A DNA stretch of 26,175 nt from Pseudogymnoascus verrucosus (taxonomy: Eukaryota): NCBI GenBank assembly GCA_001662655.1, contig KV460249.1, one strand, 5' to 3'. This document shows positions 9,847 to 20,848 of this stretch, in pieces. The position numbers were made by a program, and so were the translations under genes. The first letter of the stretch is position 1, and every line of letters begins with the position of its first letter. The notes under the pieces are model-generated. The model worked only from the letters and a program-made list of their open reading frames with translations. It was not told the origin of the DNA and did not search any database.

Positions 9847-10884
9847 ATGTCCTCCTCCCTCCCCCCCCTCCCCCTCTCCGCCTTCGCAACCCCACACACC
9901 TTCAACCCCCCCTCCAACAGCCGCATCGCCTACCACCTCTTCACCCCCCCCTCCCCCCCAAAAGGCACCATCCTCCTCCTCCACGGCTTCCCCGACCTCC
10001 CAGCCGGCTACCGCCACCAGATCCCCGCCCTCCTCGCCCTCGGCCTGCGCGTCCTCCTCCCCGCCCTCCCCGGCTACCACCCCTCCGCCGCCCCCACCGA
10101 TCTCGCGCCCTACACCCTTCGCTCCATCTCCCGCGACCTCGCCGCCCTAGCCGCACACCTCGGCTGCAGCGAGGGCGGCGTCTACGTTCTCGGACACGAC
10201 TGGGGAGGAGCCCTGGCGTGGCGTCTCGCGCTGTGGGAGCCGCAATTGGTGAGGGGGATGGTGGTGGTGTGCACGCCGTTCGATTCGCCCAAGCCTGGAT
10301 CACCCTACGTGCCGATTGAAGATCTAGTCGCCGGGCCGCTGCCGCAGTTCGCGTATCAGCTCACGCTGGCGAGTGGGGAGGTGGAGAGGAAAGTGCGGAG
10401 TCTGGAGGAGGTGAGGGGGTTCTTGAATGCGGTTTATGGCGGGAGGAGTCGGGAGGGGAAGTTCGGGTTCGATGCTACTGGGGGTGTGGATTGGGGGTTG
10501 ATTCTGAGTGGGGGCCTGGCGAGGACGACGCTGATGAGCGAGGCGGAGTTGGAGTACTATGCGAGGACGTATGCGGCCGGGGGTGGGATGAGGGGCCCGC
10601 TGAATTGGTATCGCACTAGGAAGCTGAATTGGGAGGATGATAAGGAGATTAAGTGGGATGGGAAGATGAAGGTGCCTACGCTATTTTTGCAGGCGAGTAA
10701 TGATATGGCGTTGCCGGTGTGGATGGCGAAGGGGATGGGGAGGCATTTTGAGGACTTGAAGACGGTGCAGGTGCCTGGGACGCACTGGGTTTTGGTGCAG
10801 AAGGCGGAGGAGTGTAATAACCACATTGGGGCATTTTTGAGCGGGCAGATGGCAAAGGAGAAGGCAGCGGAGAGCAAGCTGTAA
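9847..10884 (+). CDS. Alpha/beta-fold epoxide hydrolase (soluble EH-like), 345 aa, C-terminal SKL
   Basis: First ATG at 9847; HGFP oxyanion motif, GHDWGG nucleophile Asp, FAYQ and LNWYR tyrosines, ASND acid, GTHW catalytic His; ends AESKL*. Confidence 0.9.
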   Translation: MSSSLPPLPLSAFATPHTFNPPSNSRIAYHLFTPPSPPKGTILLLHGFPDLPAGYRHQIPALLALGLRVLLPALPGYHPSAAPTDLAPYTLRSISRDLAALAAHLGCSEGGVYVLGHDWGGALAWRLALWEPQLVRGMVVVCTPFDSPKPGSPYVPIEDLVAGPLPQFAYQLTLASGEVERKVRSLEEVRGFLNAVYGGRSREGKFGFDATGGVDWGLILSGGLARTTLMSEAELEYYARTYAAGGGMRGPLNWYRTRKLNWEDDKEIKWDGKMKVPTLFLQASNDMALPVWMAKGMGRHFEDLKTVQVPGTHWVLVQKAEECNNHIGAFLSGQMAKEKAAESKL

Positions 10885-10978
10885 GCAGACAGACTTGGGC
10901 ATGGGAAATTACAACTGGAACTGGATCTTGGATGGGAGTTTTGAAGGGTATCGATATCTATTATATGCTATGCTAGGT

Positions 10979-12661
10979 CTAGCTAGTAAAATACACGACC
11001 AAAAAGCCGACCCAACTGCCCACGACCCCAACGGCCGCATACGAGCTCGTGAACATGAGGGGCAGGAATTCGTACTTGGCTCCCCAGACTAACCCATGGA
11101 CGAGGGAACAGTACGCGACGAGCGGAATACTGACTGCGATATACAGGAGAGAGAAGCGATCGAGGAGGAACACGCGCGAGCGGTCCGACGCAGGGGCTAG
11201 GTGATCAAAGGCGAGGAGGAATACCAGCAGCCAAGCAAGGGTGTAGAGGACCTTGATGGGAAACTCGGCCGGAGTGTAGAGGAGGGGAAAGAGGGAGACG
11301 TGGCCAGCGACGGCGAGGGGGCGGAAGGCACCCAAGTAGCGGCGATCGCGGAGGGCGATGAGGGAGGCCGGGATGAGGATCAGCAAGATAGCTTTCTCGT
11401 GGACGTGCCAGCCGAAGAGGAAGGAGGCGTAGGCGCAGAGGGTGGTGGCGCCGATGAAGGTGGGCCAGGTGGGGTCGGTGAAGAGGCGGATGAGGGGGAT
11501 GATTTGGAAGACGATGGTGAGGGCGAAGGTGGTTGAGGGCGTGATGGGGGGGAGGACCGCGAAGGCGGTGTCGCCTACGAGACCGCGGGTTACGCTTTGG
11601 AGGGCGGAGGCATCGACGGGGAGGCCGATGTGCGGGGCGACTTTGGGGGGTTAGTGGGGGGGGAAATAACAAGAGGAGGACGGGAAGGACATACCGTAGA
11701 TCAAGACGCGGTCTGTGAAGGAGTACATAGCCCACACATTCGGAGCCCAGTACGCATGGCACAAGCCCCTCGAGAATGGGAACAGACGGCTCAACAGCTG
11801 CGGCATCTGGCCCCAGTACGCGAATGGTCCCAGGGCGGCAGCGAAGACGGCCAGGATGCTAACGCCGAGCTTGATGGTGTTACCGAAGCGGATATGGAAG
11901 ATTGACTTGGGTCCCAGGCAGTACGCGCGGAGGAGGTAGACGAAGTATGCGGGGGCGAGATAGAGGTAAATGTGCTTGAACATCAGGAGGACGGCGAAGA
12001 GGATGCCACTGAGGAGGAGCGTCGACTTCTTGCGCGCGAGGACGAGAGAGAGAATGAGGAGCCCGTAGAGGAAGCCATTGTATTGGAAGTGGATATGATC
12101 GATTATGAGGAGGCCGGGGGAGAAGAGGATCGAGAGAGCTGCGACGCGGGCGGCGCGTTTCGTGGAGGCGGGGGAGGTCTCGACATAGCTGTGACGTTGT
12201 TAGCTGGGATCACACGCGGAGAACTGGAAATGGCATGACTGACAGGTGCAGGGCATAAACCAGGACCAGCTCTGTGATAATGACGGTTGCGCGCTGGAAG
12301 TAGACGGTCTGCCAGCTCTCATAGTTGAGGTTGTAGACCTGGACCATCTCTGGGTCGACGAGCCGGCCGACCTGGGAGAGGAGCCATTCGAAGTAGGCAA
12401 AGAAGGGCGGGTAGTCGAGAGTCCATTCTGAAGTGTTCTCGTAGTACCATTCCTGGACGGGGAGGCTGTTGGTGATTGCGAGCCAGTTGCGATGGACCTC
12501 GAAGTCGGTCGATTTGCTTTAGTTGGATGTCAGTGGGGGTAAAGCTTGGGGAGGGGGAGGGGAGTGGGTAGAGGTTTTGCTTACTATGCTGGGAAGAGGA
12601 GGACCTTGAAGGCCGTGGCCAGCACGGCGCACTGTGCTAACGAGGGGTATATTTCCGACAT
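10979..12661 (-). CDS. ALG8: Dolichyl-PP-Glc1Man9GlcNAc2 alpha-1,3-glucosyltransferase, 501 aa. Exons 12661-12585, 12516-12244, 12188-11695, 11640-10979
   Basis: Spliced product contains [76 protein letters not shown] and [11 protein letters not shown]; three GT-AG introns; 1506 nt total, in frame. Confidence 0.95.
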
Positions 12662-13268
12662 GGAAGCATATCCAGAGCTGCCGTCGCCGTTGTGGAGTGC
12701 AATGGGCTGTGGATGAGGATCTGACGATATTAAAATCGAGGCGTGCCGTCGGAATAGCTGGGGTAAATTGCCGTTGATGCTACCTCTATAGTGGTCTAGC
12801 TCCACTCCGGTTGTAGGGATTGACGGCCCTCTCAATCCCATACAGCCATCGAATCAACACGCGACAAAAATGATAACCTGGAAAATAAAGAACACGTCTA
12901 TGCCTTCTATATAGACTTCTATATTCTATATAACAACCATGGACGCATCGCTCTTCCCCGCCGAAATCGCTGTTAAACACGTTATCCACCATAAATTTGT
13001 CTTCGAGCTTGGTCCCTCCATAACGGGTTTGGGCAAGGGGTTGCGGAACACGATCATAGCACTGGTCCTCATTCGGTGCTCTTGTGAGCTTCTGCAAGCT
13101 GTCATCAACAACCGGCCCTGGCGATCCGGTCCACCAAAATAATTAATTCCTCACATATAATAACCCCTCGCACACTCAGGATCAATAAAGGATACATTCG
13201 CATCATCTTGGAGCTTCAGACGAAAAATTTGGCCAAGCTGGCCTTTGCAGCGTTCACCACAAGCAATC

Positions 13269-14731
13269 ATGCACTTCTCCAAGGCCATCACAGCGCTGGC
13301 CCTCATAGCTGGATCATACGCCCAATCTCTCTACGTCCAGAATGAATTGAGCTTCGGACACGACGGGAAGTAAGTCTTCCTCCCCTCCCCCATCCATCCC
13401 TTCCCACTGACACCTCTCCCCCCAGAATGTCCCCCGACGAGCGCACAATCCCCAAATTCACCCTCACCGGCGACCCCACACAAATCTACTCCAACAAAAT
13501 CATCCTCACCCCCCCCGCGCCCGGCAACAAGCGCGCGGCCCTCTGGTCGCAGGGCACTCTCACATCCCCCAAATGGGAAGCAACCCTCCAATTCCGCGCC
13601 ACGGGCCCTGAGCGCGCCTCCGGCCGCATCCACCTCTGGCTCGTCAAGGACGGCTTCCAGAACGTCGGCACGAACAGCATCTACACCGTCGGCAAGTTCG
13701 AGGGCCTGTCCATCGTCGTCGACCAGTACGGCAATTCGGGTGGCATGATCCGCGCCTTCCTCAACGACGGCACAAAACACTACGGCCAGCACCTCAGTGT
13801 TGACGGCCTCGCGTTCGGTCACGCGCCATACCCGTATCGTAACCTCGGACGCCCCAGCTCCGTGAAGGTGATTCAGGACTGGCACAACTTCCGCGTTGAG
13901 ATCGATGGCGAGCTCGCCTTCCAAACGAGCACGGTGCGCATTCCCGCGGGTTACAATATCGGCGTCAGCGCGGCGAGCGCCGATAGTCCTGATAGCTTTG
14001 AGGTCTTCAGCCTTACCGTCTCAACTGGCGAGGCCGAGGAGGGAGCATCGTATAACAAGCAACCTGGCACCAATAACGCCGACCCTCCCAAGAACGCCGG
14101 CGCGGGAATCCAAGACACCCCCGCTGAGCCGCAAGGCAGCAGAGGCAACCGCAACCCCCGCGACGGCGCTACAGCCACGGACTACCTATCCGCTGACCGG
14201 ATCCCCGCATCCGGCGACATCTCCCCCCTCCCCGCGAGCGCGATCACTCAATCCCACGAGTTCGCAGACCTGCATTACCGCATCCAAGACCTACAATCTC
14301 ATCTCCTAGCCCTGCAAGCAGATTTCCAATCCTACCAAGGCGAAGCCACGCGTCGGCACGGCGGACTGCTCGAGCGTGCCGCGAAAGCAGAGGCTGCTTT
14401 TGCGCGCGAGGCAGCGGGGGGGAAGACGGGGAAGATCGAAGAGATGTTGGAGGCGATGGATAGGAGGATGCAGGGGATGGAGAAGATGTTGGCGGAGACG
14501 AAGAGGGATGTTGGGGGGGGGAGTGATAGGGTTGAGCGCCTTAGACAGCAGTTGGTGGAGGGGCATAGTAGTATCCTTGAGGGCGTGCATGGGACGGTCG
14601 GGACGCTGACGGGGAGTATGCCGAAGATGGGGTGGGTGGTGGGGGTGGTGCTGGTGAGTCAGATGGGGGTGGTGGGGGCGTTTTGGTGGTATAAGAGGAG
14701 GAAGAATGTGGGGTTTAAGAAGTTCGTTTAG
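13269..14731 (+). CDS. L-type lectin cargo receptor (EMP46/EMP47/ERGIC-53-like), ~468 aa. Exons 13269-13369, 13426-14731
   Basis: Exon 1 (not in the ORF track) encodes a signal peptide MHFSKAITALALIAGSYAQ; intron GTAAGT...CTGAC...CAG; lectin domain (IILTPPAPGNKRAALWS, KFEGLSIVVD, IRAFLNDG, YRNLG, GVSAASADSPDSFEV); coiled-coil stalk; TM helix; cytosolic tail ending KKFV* (di-lysine signal). Confidence 0.9.
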
Positions 14732-15023
14732 ATAGATGGATAGAGAAGAAGGTGGGAGGGGGGGGATAGGGGGGTTATGAAATGAAATTATGCTTTTTTT
14801 TTGGGACAAAGGGATTTGGGTAGTTCAGTTATTATGAGGGGTGGGAGGGGGAGGGAGAGGGGGTTATGTATATACGTGTGCGAGATACCAAGAAACGAAG
14901 ATTATTTCATTGAAATTATACAGGTACATCCTACATCGTCTCTCTATCCCACGCTCAGACGAAGAAACACATTAAAGTTCGTAAAAGTTAGTAATACACC
15001 CACAGCCACAATCATATCCACAC

Positions 15024-17564
15024 CTACCCCTTCACAGCCACACCCACCTCCTCCTTAGCCTTCTCCTTCTCCTTCTCCTCCCCAACAACCCCAAGCCCAG
15101 CAACCTCCTTCCCCTTCTCCTCCCCCTTTCCCTCCCCCTTCTCTTTTTCCTTCTCCTTCCCCTCCCCCCCCAAAAACCCCCCCGGCACCCCCCTCGCCGC
15201 CCCCCCTCCCACCCAAGCCCCAAGCAAACTACTCCACCCCGGCCCCTTCCCCTTCCCCTCCCCCACCAGCTTCCTAATCTCCTTAAACGCATAAGCATTC
15301 GCATACCGCATTCCCGTCTTCGGATCCTTGAACCTCGCCGGTAGTCCCGTTATAGGGCAGATAGGAGGAGGAGGCGGACGAGGGAGTTTGGTGAAGCGGT
15401 TGCCTCGGAAGAGGATGGCGGCTTGGGTGGATTTGTCGCGCAGGGCGGTTTCGGAGAAGGAGGTTAGGATTAGGGCGTTTAGGTTGGAGGTGTAGGTTGG
15501 GAGGCGGGGGCGCGGGGGGGAGGTGGGTTCGGTGGGTTCGGTAGGTTTAGGAGCGGAAGCTTGGGAGGAGGGTGAGGGGTCGGTGGTGGTGGTGGGTTGT
15601 GTGGGAGCTGGAGCTGGACCATTTCCAGCTTGTGAGGCGGTGGCTGGAGGTGCGGTAACCGGAGCTGCGTTGTCTCCAGCTGGCGTGGTAGTAGTAGGTT
15701 TGGTCGCAGCTGGGGGACCATTATCTCCAGCTGGTGAGGCGGTGGCGGGTTGTGCGGTTGGTGGTACAGCGGGAGTCAGTTTGAACGGCTCCGTTGGTGA
15801 TGGAACGAGTTTCGGGACGCTGGGTGCGGTGTCGCTCAGCGCGGAGGGCGCTAAAGTCGAAGACGCGGCTTCGGGAGCTGGTAATGGTGTAGTTTCTGAA
15901 ACTAGTGGTTCAGCGGTGGACTCAGGGATGGTAGGAGGTGGTGCGGTAGAGGCGGGCGCAGGCTCTGTTGCTGAGGTAGAAGGCGTTGCGGATTCTGGTT
16001 GTGGTGGAGCAGATTCGGCCGCAGGAACTGTTGCTACAGTAGCGGGGGCTGGTTGTGATGCAGTAGATTCGGCCGCAGGCGCCGTTGCTGCAGGTTCTGC
16101 TGCTGAAGTAGAGAGAGCGATAGATTCCGCCTGTGGTGCAGCCGATTCGGCAACAGGTTCAGCTGCTGAAGCAGGGGCGGCAGAGGATGGCGGAGCTGCA
16201 GCCGAGGGTGATGTGGAGGGAGCGACAGAAGCTACTGGAGCCACAGGCGCAGGTGACGTTGATGGAGCTGTCGAAGCTGAAGGGGGTGCTACCGTAGGCG
16301 CAAACCCAGGCAGAGGCATCGTCCCATTCAACATAGACGGTGTAGCCTTCGTATCAATCACCGGCGGCGGCATCCCCGCCGCATCTACCGCAGCACCCTC
16401 AACCTTAACAACCGTTCCCCCCGCCCCCGTCCCCCCCGCCACGACAGCCGGCGGCGGACCCATCTTCCCCTTCCCCCCCCCCTCCTCCCCCCCCTTCCTC
16501 TTCCTCGGCCTCTCCCTCTCCTCAATAACCACCTCCCTCCCCACCGTCCTCAACCTATCCCCCTCCCACGTCGCCCTCCCACTCCAATACGTAATCACCG
16601 GCCCCTCCAAGCGCCTATCATGCAACGCCGCCAACTTCGCCCTCTGTTCCTCCTCCCTGATTCGTTCCGCCTCCTCCCAGCGATTCAAACTCTTCGCATT
16701 CCGCTTCTCTATCCTCGCCGCCTCCGCCAATCGATCTTCTTGAGTGCGTTCAGGTCGTCGCTCGGCTTCGCGCTTGAGCGCCGCTTTCTCCATGTTCGCG
16801 AGCTGGCGGACGCGTTTGCGCTCGCGGTCTTGCATTTGGACGTATAACTGCTCTTTACTCAGGCGCGTGGTTTTGCGGTCTGACGCGCGGAGGGGGGCTT
16901 CTTCGGCGGAGGGGATCCAGCTCGCGCGCTCGGATTTCTTTTTCGGTCGCGGCGCTGCTTCGGTCTCTTCTCTACCAACAACAACCCTGGGTTTCTTCCT
17001 CAACGCCGCCGGAATCCCCGTAGCAGCCTTCCTCTTCTTCGCAATCCTCTCCGCTCTTGCGACTCTCTGTAACTCGGCCTCGCCCTCGAGATCCTCCGCG
17101 CCGGGAGCAGAAGGGCCGGCATCCTCTTCATCAGAGGAAGAGTCCATCTGCACATCTGATGCGTCGCCGCCTTCGTCGGAGAATCCAGCGTCATCTTCGT
17201 CTTCCGCGAAGAGGAGTTCGAGGTCGTCGTCTGCGGCGGCGGCTTGGAGGAGGGTGGAAAGGCGGTTTCCGGCTGTGGAGCGGCGCTGGCGGCTTGTTGC
17301 TAGCCATTCTTTGGGTTCGGATTCGGCTGAGGAGGAGGAGTCGGAGTCAGAGGAGGAGGAGGAGGAGTTGTCATCTTGATCGCGGGGGGTGTCGACTTCG
17401 TTGTCGGGCTTGGGGGGGGAGGCGGCGGAGTCTGTTCGCATTGGGGTGTCGGCGGCTTCGTTGTCGACGTTCGCGGGGGTGGAGGCTGGGTCGTCCATCG
17501 CCATCGTGGTGTCCTCCACATCATCCATCCTCATCTCCGTATCATTCCCCCCATCATCCGCCAT
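15024..17564 (-). CDS. VPS72: VPS72/SWC2/YL1 (SWR1 complex H2A.Z chaperone), ~846 aa, no intron needed
   Basis: First ATG at 17564 (MADDGG). YL1 N-domain WLATSRQRRSTAGNRLSTLL, acidic tract, TQEDRLAEAARIEKRNAKSLNRWE; YL1-C domain CPITGLPARFKDPKTGMRYANAYAFKEIR; long Ala/Pro/Thr/Ser linker between. Confidence 0.9.
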   Translation of the reverse strand: MADDGGNDTEMRMDDVEDTTMAMDDPASTPANVDNEAADTPMRTDSAASPPKPDNEVDTPRDQDDNSSSSSSDSDSSSSAESEPKEWLATSRQRRSTAGNRLSTLLQAAAADDDLELLFAEDEDDAGFSDEGGDASDVQMDSSSDEEDAGPSAPGAEDLEGEAELQRVARAERIAKKRKAATGIPAALRKKPRVVVGREETEAAPRPKKKSERASWIPSAEEAPLRASDRKTTRLSKEQLYVQMQDRERKRVRQLANMEKAALKREAERRPERTQEDRLAEAARIEKRNAKSLNRWEEAERIREEEQRAKLAALHDRRLEGPVITYWSGRATWEGDRLRTVGREVVIEERERPRKRKGGEEGGGKGKMGPPPAVVAGGTGAGGTVVKVEGAAVDAAGMPPPVIDTKATPSMLNGTMPLPGFAPTVAPPSASTAPSTSPAPVAPVASVAPSTSPSAAAPPSSAAPASAAEPVAESAAPQAESIALSTSAAEPAATAPAAESTASQPAPATVATVPAAESAPPQPESATPSTSATEPAPASTAPPPTIPESTAEPLVSETTPLPAPEAASSTLAPSALSDTAPSVPKLVPSPTEPFKLTPAVPPTAQPATASPAGDNGPPAATKPTTTTPAGDNAAPVTAPPATASQAGNGPAPAPTQPTTTTDPSPSSQASAPKPTEPTEPTSPPRPRLPTYTSNLNALILTSFSETALRDKSTQAAILFRGNRFTKLPRPPPPPICPITGLPARFKDPKTGMRYANAYAFKEIRKLVGEGKGKGPGWSSLLGAWVGGGAARGVPGGFLGGEGKEKEKEKGEGKGEEKGKEVAGLGVVGEEKEKEKAKEEVGVAVKG

Positions 17565-17890
17565 ATCGTCTATTCGTCGGGGCGTCGTCAAACCCTCAAA
17601 ACCGCGCCGTGGCGTCGCGTCCAGTTTCCAGTCTGTCGTGCCGTATCCAGCACGTAACAACTGTATCCCAAACAACCAAACAAACTTAATAAAAAGCCCC
17701 TGTTCTTAGTTGTCTACTCGTAGAAGTCACGGCGTTACCACGAGGCTGAGGCTGAGAAATTCTAGGTCGTGAACTTTAATATTCCGTATTGGGCCAAATC
17801 GCGGTGGTGGCCCAAACCAACAAGGATAACTGCACCGCCAAGTAATGCCAAGCCCAGCTGAGTTTCAATCGTTAAATGTATGTATTATAG

Positions 17891-17900
17891 GTCACGTGAC
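17891..17900. promoter_or_regulatory. Palindromic E-box GTCACGTGAC upstream of VPS72
   Basis: Perfect Cbf1-type consensus ~330 bp upstream of the ATG. Function inferred only. Confidence 0.4.
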
Positions 17901-19957
17901 GTATAGATACTGCGCTCCACCAACGAGAGTGTGGTGTGAGTTGTGTTGTGCTGTATGTGAGGGTATCCTTGTAATGTTGTACAGTTTGTACCTGCAGCTT
18001 GGGCACTTATTGGGAGGGGAGATGGGATTAGATTTTTAGCTTGATTTGGATGTAAACTATGTTATGGTGGTATCACGCAGCACGGCAGGAGGGAATTCGA
18101 GGTGAAGGGGAATCGTACTGTTCTGCTCTCATCTATTTTGAGCTTCTAACACTTCTCACACTACTAAGACTTTTATCCTTTTTCTAGCCCTTCCACCCAT
18201 CTAATCGAGACACACATCTATCCTATTTCCTCTCACATTCCCACCAAAGCCCCGAAAAGAACCAGCAAACACCTCCCACCCAAAACCCCCACCGCGATTG
18301 GCCTCCCTGTCCTCAGCGCCAACGCCATGTTTCACCCCCTCCCCGCGCCTCACGAACGACTCGCGGGGTCCATCCGGCGTGTGTTTCAACTCCGCGCCGA
18401 GGTCTGTTTATGAAGCTGGCGGGGACGTCCAATCGAGTCCAATCCAGTCCACCCCCCTCGGCGAGGTGAGGGTATTATTAGCCCCCCCCCGCGCCGCCGC
18501 GACACCCATCAGTCTATAAACGCATCACAACGCGGAGAACAGAAACATTCTGACGCGCTTGGCAGGTTATTTTGGGGCGTGACTGACACGCGGTCTCAGC
18601 GCGGTATCGATGAGACGAGGGGGAGAGAGGGGTTTGGATGAACTGAGGGGGTTTGAGAGGGCGGGGTTTGGTCTTGGGGAGGTGAGTGAGTGACTGGATT
18701 GGGGGTGGGTGAAGGGAGGGGAAGGAAGGGGGATCTGAGATATGATACCTTGACTGAGTGATAACCCTCCGCCGTGGTTGAGATATAGCACCTTGAACTA
18801 TTCCAGACGCCGACCTCCCCACCCTACCTCCTCTCCAAACACGATAGCTATCCCCGATACATGCCTAGAAGGGGGAGGCAGACGCGAGCGATGGACGTTT
18901 GAGCGGGACGCAAAAGGCTTCTTTCGGTCGGGCGTCGCGTGTGTGGGGAAGGGAAGGGGGGAGGGGAAGATCAACGCTTGTCCTGGTGTTTGTGGTGTAC
19001 CTGCATGAGGCGAGCGTCGCATGGTTTGTGGAGAGGAGAGGGGGTTGGGGATGGGGAGGAGGCAGGGGGAGGGATTTACTTTCTTTGTTCACCACAGAAG
19101 GTACTCTGGTTATATGGATACTCTTCTTCTTCCTTCCGCTGGAGTGGATGGATGGATGGATAGATGGGGTATGCAAGGCATCTCGAGTACAACCAGGACC
19201 CCCCTTGCCATCTCTCTACCCTCTACCTTGGTAAGAACTCGCCCATTCTCTTTCTTTCTTCTTTGTCTTTTGAGGTGGTTGGGTTTACCCTCGTTAAAAA
19301 CTCCGCGTCCATGTCCCCCCAGTTTAGCCACAGCACACGGTAACAGCACGGTACAGTGACCAGGGTGACGGCGCCCTCTCAACATCATGAAACGGCGCCG
19401 TCGAGGGGCAGGGCGTGCTGGGTGGTAGGGGGGATACTTGCGGGATCAGTGTTATTTTTTGGGTAGAGAGATGTGGTTGGGAGCAAGTATACTCCATTGT
19501 TAGTGATGGCTGGAGTCGTGTCGTACTATTTCTATCCTGTGGCAGTGGCAGCATTTTACTACTCTAGAGTAGAGGATGGATTGGAAGATACCCATCTAGT
19601 AAATACGGCGAGTCAGTATGAACTACTGTAGTTGACACCCACCCCTTGATCCGTTACAGCCACACCCCATTCTCACCCACTCACCCTACTAAACTCTACT
19701 CAACTCTGCTTACAGCCGTGTTATGTCAGCCATACATCGTCATATTTGCTGTATCCACGCCCCTATCCCGACTACCTGGACGCCCTTGTCGGGTCGTCTG
19801 TGGTCGTCTATGTCTGTCTGTGGTTGTGGTTGTTTGTCCCTGACGAGTTTACTGCGTGTTAACTCTGTTGTGTTAGTAGTAATAGTAGTTAATAGTAGTC
19901 GTAGTTAGTAGCAGCAGTAACACTAGTACCACTATACGATACAGCTAAACTCATCAG

Positions 19958-20387
19958 GTCCCCCATAAGTCCCCCATAAGTCCCTCATCACTGTAGCTGA
20001 TTCACTAAGTAGCAAGCAGGAGTACATCCTAGATACCCCTTCTTTACCCCCTCAGTCTACTCTATTTTAATATCGCTACCTTGCTTCATAGTTACTCAAC
20101 TCGGTATGAGATGAGGGCATACTCTGGCTGGCCTTTTCTCTCCTAATCTGCCTCCTCGTACGCGCGATCATGGGTTTATACGCTCATACTATGCTCATAC
20201 ATACGGCCATACACACGCTCATACGACTAGACAAGACCATACGACTAGACAAGGAACCATACATACGACGATTTATCTTCCTATTCTCCTGTTTCCTCTT
20301 GTTTCCTCCTGTTTCCCATAATAGATAGTACCACAGTAGTAGTCAATCAACCCTCACACCTCCTGCTTCCCATAATAGATAGTACCA
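19958..20387. repeat. Cluster of short local duplications
   Basis: GTCCCCCATAA x2 (19958-19979); CATACGACTAGACAAG x2 (20220, 20238); TTCCCATAATAGATAGTACCA x2 (20313, 20367; 54-bp period). Confidence 0.85.
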
Positions 20388-20848
20388 GAGTAGTCAACTC
20401 TTACCCTCACCTCTTGGTATCCCCCTCCCCCTACCCCTTCCCTCCTATCTTCTCTCCTCCTCTCTCTAACCTCCAACTTACTATATTAATAACTGCATTG
20501 ACTGCCCTCATACAAATATTCTCCAATTGGTTCCTTCCTCCCTCTCTCCCTCTCTCCCACCAATTGACAGGTTACTCGTTACATACGCACAGTTGCTGCA
20601 CAGTACAGTACAGCAGTACGACAAAAAAGAGAGTACGCGTACCTTTCTTCCCAGAACTTAACAAAGGTGGAACGATTCGAGGGACTTTACCGTCTGCTCT
20701 CGTACCTCTAAACCTTACTTGAGGTACCCTAGCTGCTGACTGTGCGTCAAGGGGTACTTGGATTAGAACAGTCCGGTACTTGTACTACCACACCACCGAC
20801 CACGCACCACACACGACGCGCCACACAATTTAATCGCTCCGTCACTTT

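Noticed and set aside
15523..17379. Long + strand ORFs (406 and 211 aa) antisense to VPS72
   Set aside because: Shadow ORFs of a GC-rich low-complexity CDS with no recognisable motifs.
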